Shown piece by piece: positions 59,417-64,000 of a DNA stretch of 64,000 nt. Under the pieces are notes generated by a model that had not been told where the DNA came from, did no database searches, and saw nothing but the letters and a program-made list of their open reading frames with translations. The translations under genes were made by a program, and so were the position numbers. Position 1 is the stretch's first letter. Every line of letters starts with the position of its first letter. Source of the DNA: Armatimonadota bacterium (lineage in GTDB: Bacteria > Armatimonadota > HRBIN16); the NCBI GenBank assembly GCA_026003195.1, contig BPGU01000005.1:129851-193850 (forward strand). The letters are read 5' to 3'.

Positions 59417-59610
59417 CAAACCGACATGTCACTTGACTGATTAGTCATCAATCAAGTGACGCTAAACGTGTGTTTGAGTATGAGATAACTAATCACTGTG
59501 TTGTCTAAACCACAAACACAGTGCTAAATGAGTCGTCTACCTCCTTCGTGGAGATACCAAACCGGAGGTAGACGACTCTTGATGACAGCAGTCTACTCTT
59601 CACTAAGTTC
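59417..59610 (-). other. 194-bp leader-position segment with three inverted repeats
   Basis: Stems at 59428-59460, 59494-59523 and 59530-59578 (perfect 15 bp). Confidence 0.7.
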
Positions 59611-59640
59611 ATTTCTATCCTACTTAGGTATGTACCAAAC
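59611..59640 (-). repeat. solitary CRISPR repeat downstream of cas7
   Basis: atttctatcctacttaggtatgtaccaaac, 27/30 identical. Confidence 0.9.
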
Positions 59641-59654
59641 AGAGAGACAGCAGC

Positions 59655-60767
59655 CTACTCTTCATCGATCTCCCGCTGATCTGCCAGCTCCTGCTGTTCG
59701 TTCTGCTCCTTGCCCTGCTTCCTGCCCTTAGCCTTCTTAGCAGCCGCCGCGGCTTCTATGGACTGACGTAGAGATTCAGCATCCACTGCACGCTCTTCCT
59801 GCTGCAAGTCATCGTAGAACTTGTCTACTAAGTTTGCAACAGCAGTAACTAGTTCCTCCATCGTGCTGTGCCAGCGTACGAACTCTAGCTGTTTGACAGC
59901 CTGCTCGTTGATAACAACACCAGGCACAGCACTGATGTGAAGCTCTTCCAGCAGGTTGCGATCACGCAGGTACTTCAGTCGCTCTATGTCGATAATGATG
60001 CTATCGTCGCGCTTCTTGAAGATGCCCTGCAGTATTGCGTTGCCATGCTCGACCGCTGTCAGCACCAGCACCTGAGGTGTGACGTCTGTGTTGTTCCTGG
60101 CGAGATTCGCACCGCCCTCCAGCAACGTCAGCGCCTTCAGCAGATCCCTCACTCTGCGCTTGCGCTCGTCCCGACTCAATGCGAACTTATCATGCGTAAC
60201 CTGCACTAACTTGTTCGCATGATTCCGTAACGTCTCAGCGTCCAGCTCACCGCCAGCACGTCCCTCGACGAGCGGAGCCTCGAACACGCCGACACGCTCC
60301 AGATCCAGCGAGAAGTTCGCAGCCATCCACGCAGAGTATACTTCACGCTGAAATACAGCGTTGTCGCCGGCAACCGACAGGACACCGAAGTCAGACACTG
60401 GTCGAGCATCGTGGATAGCAGACAACGCAGAACAGTGAAGTGGCGACGTGCGCTTGATAGCGTTGTTGCCCTTCTCAGCACGCATGTAACCGAACAGGTC
60501 GTCATCCTCGTGCTCGACTGGATCACATGCAGCGTAGCCATGCGCACCGGCACCCTCCGCCTTCACCATCTCATAAGTGGTCGGATTCCAGCCGAAGTGG
60601 TTGTACAGCACATTACGCCACCAGTGACGCCATGCTTGACCGGATGCGTAAGGGCGATTGCCCACCTTCTTGACAAGGGAGATCTGTCCGATATCCGCTT
60701 GCTCAGTCTTATTGCAGTTCAATGCAGCAACATCTGCATAGATAGCAAATGTTCCGGTAAGTTTCAT
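59655..60767 (-). CDS. cas7: CRISPR-associated Cas7 (Cst2/DevR-like, type I-B)
   Basis: PYASGQAWRHWWR, DDDLFGYMRA, KRTSPL, GGANLARNNTDVTP. Confidence 0.92.
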   Translation of the reverse strand: MKLTGTFAIYADVAALNCNKTEQADIGQISLVKKVGNRPYASGQAWRHWWRNVLYNHFGWNPTTYEMVKAEGAGAHGYAACDPVEHEDDDLFGYMRAEKGNNAIKRTSPLHCSALSAIHDARPVSDFGVLSVAGDNAVFQREVYSAWMAANFSLDLERVGVFEAPLVEGRAGGELDAETLRNHANKLVQVTHDKFALSRDERKRRVRDLLKALTLLEGGANLARNNTDVTPQVLVLTAVEHGNAILQGIFKKRDDSIIIDIERLKYLRDRNLLEELHISAVPGVVINEQAVKQLEFVRWHSTMEELVTAVANLVDKFYDDLQQEERAVDAESLRQSIEAAAAAKKAKGRKQGKEQNEQQELADQREIDEE

Positions 60768-62404
60768 TCCTCTACCTCCTGATCTTCAGTGTAGGTATCT
60801 TCCTCCTCTTCATCCTGGTCCTCGTCATCTACTTGAATGCCAAGCTCGCGTAGCTTGCTGGCGATGAGGATCTCCAGCACCTGCGCAGCTGCCCTGGCTC
60901 TCATGCGATTCTGCTTCTCTGTGTTAGCATCCAGCATGAAGTCTATAGGACACAGCAGAACGAAATCCTGCCAGCTGAGCTTCCCGATACGAGCGAGATA
61001 TGCATACAGCGATCGAATCGCCTTCATGTCGCCAGACCATGCAGCACTGCGTAGCCTCTTATGTAGCGTAGCAGCACGGTCCATCGATACGAAGCTATCA
61101 GCGATACGCTCCATCAGCAAGATTGCCTGATCCTGAGACTGTACCTGTTGCTGTACATTGTCGTCGAACTGTAAGCCAGTGTGTCGACAACGAACGTAGT
61201 CGTATACAGCAACAGAGAGGTATTGAAGCACTCTCGTCAGGTCATGATACAGGAACAGGGGAGCGAGCAGAGACGCATCCACCTTACCGTCTCTTGCCAG
61301 CCTCGTCAAGAACCGTATAGTCTTGTCCCTATCCCTGCTGTTCACCAGATTCAGCATCTCACGCTTCGCCGATTCCAGCACATCGTCGCTGTTTGATACA
61401 GACTGGTAGATATGATCGCCAGCAGCGATGGCAACCTGTGTCAACGCTGAAATCAATCCATTGTCCATTCCACGTACCTCCGTCAGGTATCTGCGTACTG
61501 CATACCATCTATCGCCCAGTTCAGGCTGGTACTTGCCCTGTAAGTAGAGGTCAAGCTGCGTGTCTCTACCACGCTGCTTGCACCGATCCTTCAATGTGTT
61601 GATGAAGTGGAAACTTGACAGCCCCATGTGATACTCTACGGTGTCAAGCTTCGTTATGTGGTCTATTACACGGTTCGGTATCACCATGTAGCTGATTTCA
61701 CCTTCACCCCGCTGCGAGCTGTTGATCAGCCATATCGTTACAGACTCGCCACGATAGGAGTTCTGTGCTACGATATCCTTGACAATATCCGCTCTCGCCT
61801 GCCCAGGAGTATCCATCCTGAACTTAGCTTGCTCTCCATTGGTGGAAGTTGCTACCTTCTGGTAGTTCTCTCTGTAGATCCTGTCTACTATCGCCTTGCC
61901 AACCAGTTCGTTCTGTATATGCGGTATCACCATATGCACGTTGTTGATGTGGTCGGCAGCGATGAAGGCGGAGAGTGCAGCCAGCTCACATAACCCGCAG
62001 ACTGGCATACCGTCCATCAGTGACGGATAGAAGTTGAACTCGCCATGCAGGAACGGTAGCACATGACGCTTCGCCGATACAATAGCCTCTTCTGGAACAC
62101 GCTTGCCACAGATATGACAGATGGAACTTCCAGAGGTCAGAGCCAGCTTGGCACGATGGATAAGCCGGTCAATGGCATCATTCCATTCTGGTTGTCCATA
62201 GGCGCCTTGAGTGAACACGCAGTTGGGAGTGAAGAAGCGCAACTTCTTACGGAATAGCTCGAAGCTCTCCTGGGCAAGCATATCCCTCAGCGGGCCTGCC
62301 ATATTGTCGATAGCCTGATCATCTATCTGGTTGCTACGGGAGATCTTCAGTATAGCGGTGAGCCCGTAGTCTACGACGAAGTGACCTGTCCACGGTACAG
62401 CCAT
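60764..62404 (-). CDS. cas8: CRISPR-associated large subunit Cas8 (Cst1/Cas8b1-like)
   Basis: WTGHFVVDYGL N-terminus, CHIC...NFYP...CGLC; directly upstream of cas7. Confidence 0.85.
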   Translation of the reverse strand: MAVPWTGHFVVDYGLTAILKISRSNQIDDQAIDNMAGPLRDMLAQESFELFRKKLRFFTPNCVFTQGAYGQPEWNDAIDRLIHRAKLALTSGSSICHICGKRVPEEAIVSAKRHVLPFLHGEFNFYPSLMDGMPVCGLCELAALSAFIAADHINNVHMVIPHIQNELVGKAIVDRIYRENYQKVATSTNGEQAKFRMDTPGQARADIVKDIVAQNSYRGESVTIWLINSSQRGEGEISYMVIPNRVIDHITKLDTVEYHMGLSSFHFINTLKDRCKQRGRDTQLDLYLQGKYQPELGDRWYAVRRYLTEVRGMDNGLISALTQVAIAAGDHIYQSVSNSDDVLESAKREMLNLVNSRDRDKTIRFLTRLARDGKVDASLLAPLFLYHDLTRVLQYLSVAVYDYVRCRHTGLQFDDNVQQQVQSQDQAILLMERIADSFVSMDRAATLHKRLRSAAWSGDMKAIRSLYAYLARIGKLSWQDFVLLCPIDFMLDANTEKQNRMRARAAAQVLEILIASKLRELGIQVDDEDQDEEEEDTYTEDQEVEE

Positions 62405-62490
62405 GAGGTTCCTCCTGTTATTTCTGTGCTGCTCTGTTATGTTCCTGATGCTCCAGAGGACGAACCTTTGAGCTCGCCCTCTCGAGTCAT

Positions 62491-62688
62491 CTACACCTGG
62501 CTCACGCAGTAATCCTCCTCTATATCATCTGCCATCTCAGCGGTAACGTTGGTCAGCTCCCAGCGGGTACCGCACCGTGGGCACTCGCCGTCGTAGGTGT
62601 TCTGATACTGACCACCTACCAGCTCCAGCTGAACCTGAGAACCGCAGGGGCAGGTAATGATGATGTACTGGGGATTGGTGTTGTACAT
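62491..62688 (-). CDS. small zinc-finger protein
   Basis: CPCG...CPRCG; AAGGAG RBS. Confidence 0.7.
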   Translation of the reverse strand: MYNTNPQYIIITCPCGSQVQLELVGGQYQNTYDGECPRCGTRWELTNVTAEMADDIEEDYCVSQV

Positions 62689-62707
62689 GGCTTCTTAACT
62701 CCTTCTT

Positions 62708-62767
62708 GTTCCCATCCTGCTTGTTCCCATCCTGCTTGTTTCTATCCTGCTCTGGTATGTTGCTAAC
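62708..62767 (-). repeat. diverged solitary CRISPR repeat (62738-62767) with two 15-bp half-repeat copies
   Basis: gtttctatcctgctctggtatgttgctaac (24/30) preceded on + by gttcccatcctgctt x2. Confidence 0.8.
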
Positions 62768-62996
62768 GTGTGTTCTCGTCAATGTTAGCTTCCTGCCTCT
62801 GGATGGTCTCCCTGACACGCTCCCACGCTTCGTCCAGCTCGTCTCTGGTTAACTGCAGTCGCCACTGCTCCATATCGATAAGGTGCTGGTAAGCGAACAG
62901 GAGCATGTCCTCCAGATCCAGGGATTGCTCTTGCTGTTTCATGAACAGCACATCCTGTAACATGAACTCAACTGCTTCCTGTACCCGTTCGTCCAT
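62763..62996 (-). CDS. hypothetical protein (77 aa)
   Basis: GGAGGT RBS; stop codon lies inside the diverged repeat. Confidence 0.65.
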   Translation of the reverse strand: MDERVQEAVEFMLQDVLFMKQQEQSLDLEDMLLFAYQHLIDMEQWRLQLTRDELDEAWERVRETIQRQEANIDENTR

Positions 62997-63035
62997 GTCG
63001 TATACCTCCAGATAATGTATTTGTGCACGCCAGGT

Positions 63036-64000
63036 CTAACATGATAGCACTTCCAAGAGTGCCTCAACACCTTTGTCACCACGTACGCTATACTCCAGCA
63101 CAAGCGCTTGCATGTCCTGACCGGTCTCCACCTTCTGCCAGGTAACCTCATGCACAATGGGCTGGGTGTTCAGTATGCGGTCTATTAATGTAGCCAGATA
63201 GGGCAGACTGCCCTTGCAAAGCCTCTCCAGAGCGTCGTCCAATCTGAAGGTTCTAATAAGCCTGCGTGCTTCCGCTTCCAGATTGGCATCTGGAGCCAGA
63301 ACCCTGTACGAGCTTGCAGAGACGTCGTAATATGCATGGATCAGTAAGTTGTCTATGATGACCAGATTCCTGGCGTCCTTCAGATCCATGCCTCTGCGTA
63401 GATACTGCTCCATGGATGCAAGCGATATCAGATCTGCAGCCAAACGACGACCATACAGGAGCAGATCGTCGTACCTATCGTATAGCGTATTCCTGAACTC
63501 ACTTTTGGCTATCCGGGATTGATAGTCCAGCGCATCTCTCAGAGTCTCGATAACGTGTCTGGAGTAATATGTATCCCTCATGCCGTACATGAGCTCTGCC
63601 CTTACTACAGCGTTGGTGAACCGATCCTTGATAGACAGGGAGCTGATGAACTTGATGAAAGGAGCCGTGTATCTCGTAGCGTCCTCCCAAAGAGCCTGTT
63701 CACAGGCATCTTTCCATTCCCGACGGAACCGCCTGAAGAACGTGCAGGCATCCCTGTGAGCCCGTTCCACTTCGTTACCGTACAGGTAGTGGTACATTCG
63801 AGAGCCGTCCGGGTTACTCAGAATGGACTCCCTGAGCATCCCTTCTCCTGCGCGGATGAAGGAATCGCTGAAGGCTGCCCCATCATCGTATTCAGATACA
63901 GCAACTTCCATATCGCCTGCGCGTACAACAAACGTACCCTGCTCATCGATATGCCTGCCCGGTTTGTACAGGAGAGTGGTGCCAGGAGTGAGTTCTACCT
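63036..64000 (-). CDS. hypothetical protein (5' end outside window), paralog of 54199-55221
   Basis: Frame open to the window edge; LTPGTTLLYKP..GTFVVRAGDMEV aligns with LPHGVSLRYQP..GTILLRIGDVEL. Confidence 0.75.
   Translation of the reverse strand, partial: VELTPGTTLLYKPGRHIDEQGTFVVRAGDMEVAVSEYDDGAAFSDSFIRAGEGMLRESILSNPDGSRMYHYLYGNEVERAHRDACTFFRRFRREWKDACEQALWEDATRYTAPFIKFISSLSIKDRFTNAVVRAELMYGMRDTYYSRHVIETLRDALDYQSRIAKSEFRNTLYDRYDDLLLYGRRLAADLISLASMEQYLRRGMDLKDARNLVIIDNLLIHAYYDVSASSYRVLAPDANLEAEARRLIRTFRLDDALERLCKGSLPYLATLIDRILNTQPIVHEVTWQKVETGQDMQALVLEYSVRGDKGVEALLEVLSC

Noticed and set aside
57902-59731. + strand ORFs across the array and leader (FLSYLGMYLT / SILLRYVP peptides)
   Set aside because: These are translations of the CRISPR repeat, not genes
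62455-62475. 9-bp match (acctttgag) of the terminal spacer to the region upstream of cas8
   Set aside because: The seed region does not match; insufficient to claim autoregulation
1-64000. Stop-codon reassignment (alternative genetic code)
   Set aside because: Coding density is high with the standard code, and TAG, TGA and TAA all end recognisable genes

Overview
A 64 kb segment of a large tailed bacteriophage genome, probably with a contractile tail (gp25-like wedge and baseplate J are present). The host is a peptidoglycan-containing bacterium. Positions 1-34.4 kb (+) are a tightly packed virion module: a giant hub/tail-lysin protein with SLT and M15 peptidase motifs, gp25-like, an intein-containing glycosyltransferase, baseplate J, a 1687-aa repeat protein and several large structural proteins. 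Positions 34.5-39 kb (+) hold an amidase endolysin, a ferritin-like protein, a putative holin, RecU and two sigma-like factors. Positions 39-46.4 kb (-) hold a primase, a nuclease, an intein-containing class II RNR and a third sigma-like factor. Positions 46.4-51.4 kb (+) are three paralogous HExxH zincin-like proteins. Positions 51.4-64 kb (-) are a co-oriented block carrying a phage type I-B CRISPR-Cas system (cas8-cas7-[20-repeat array]-cas5-cas3); no cas6, cas1, cas2 or cas4 is present in the window. The standout observation is that single, co-oriented CRISPR repeats sit at many gene junctions across this ~11 kb block. They lie at or just after stop codons, and several lie 37-51 nt upstream of the next start codon. 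They also bracket two hairpin-rich non-coding segments and a mini-array. This suggests the repeats are used as RNA-processing or regulatory punctuation of a polycistronic transcript that also encodes an RNA ligase. All assignments come from reading motifs by eye; no database searches were run.
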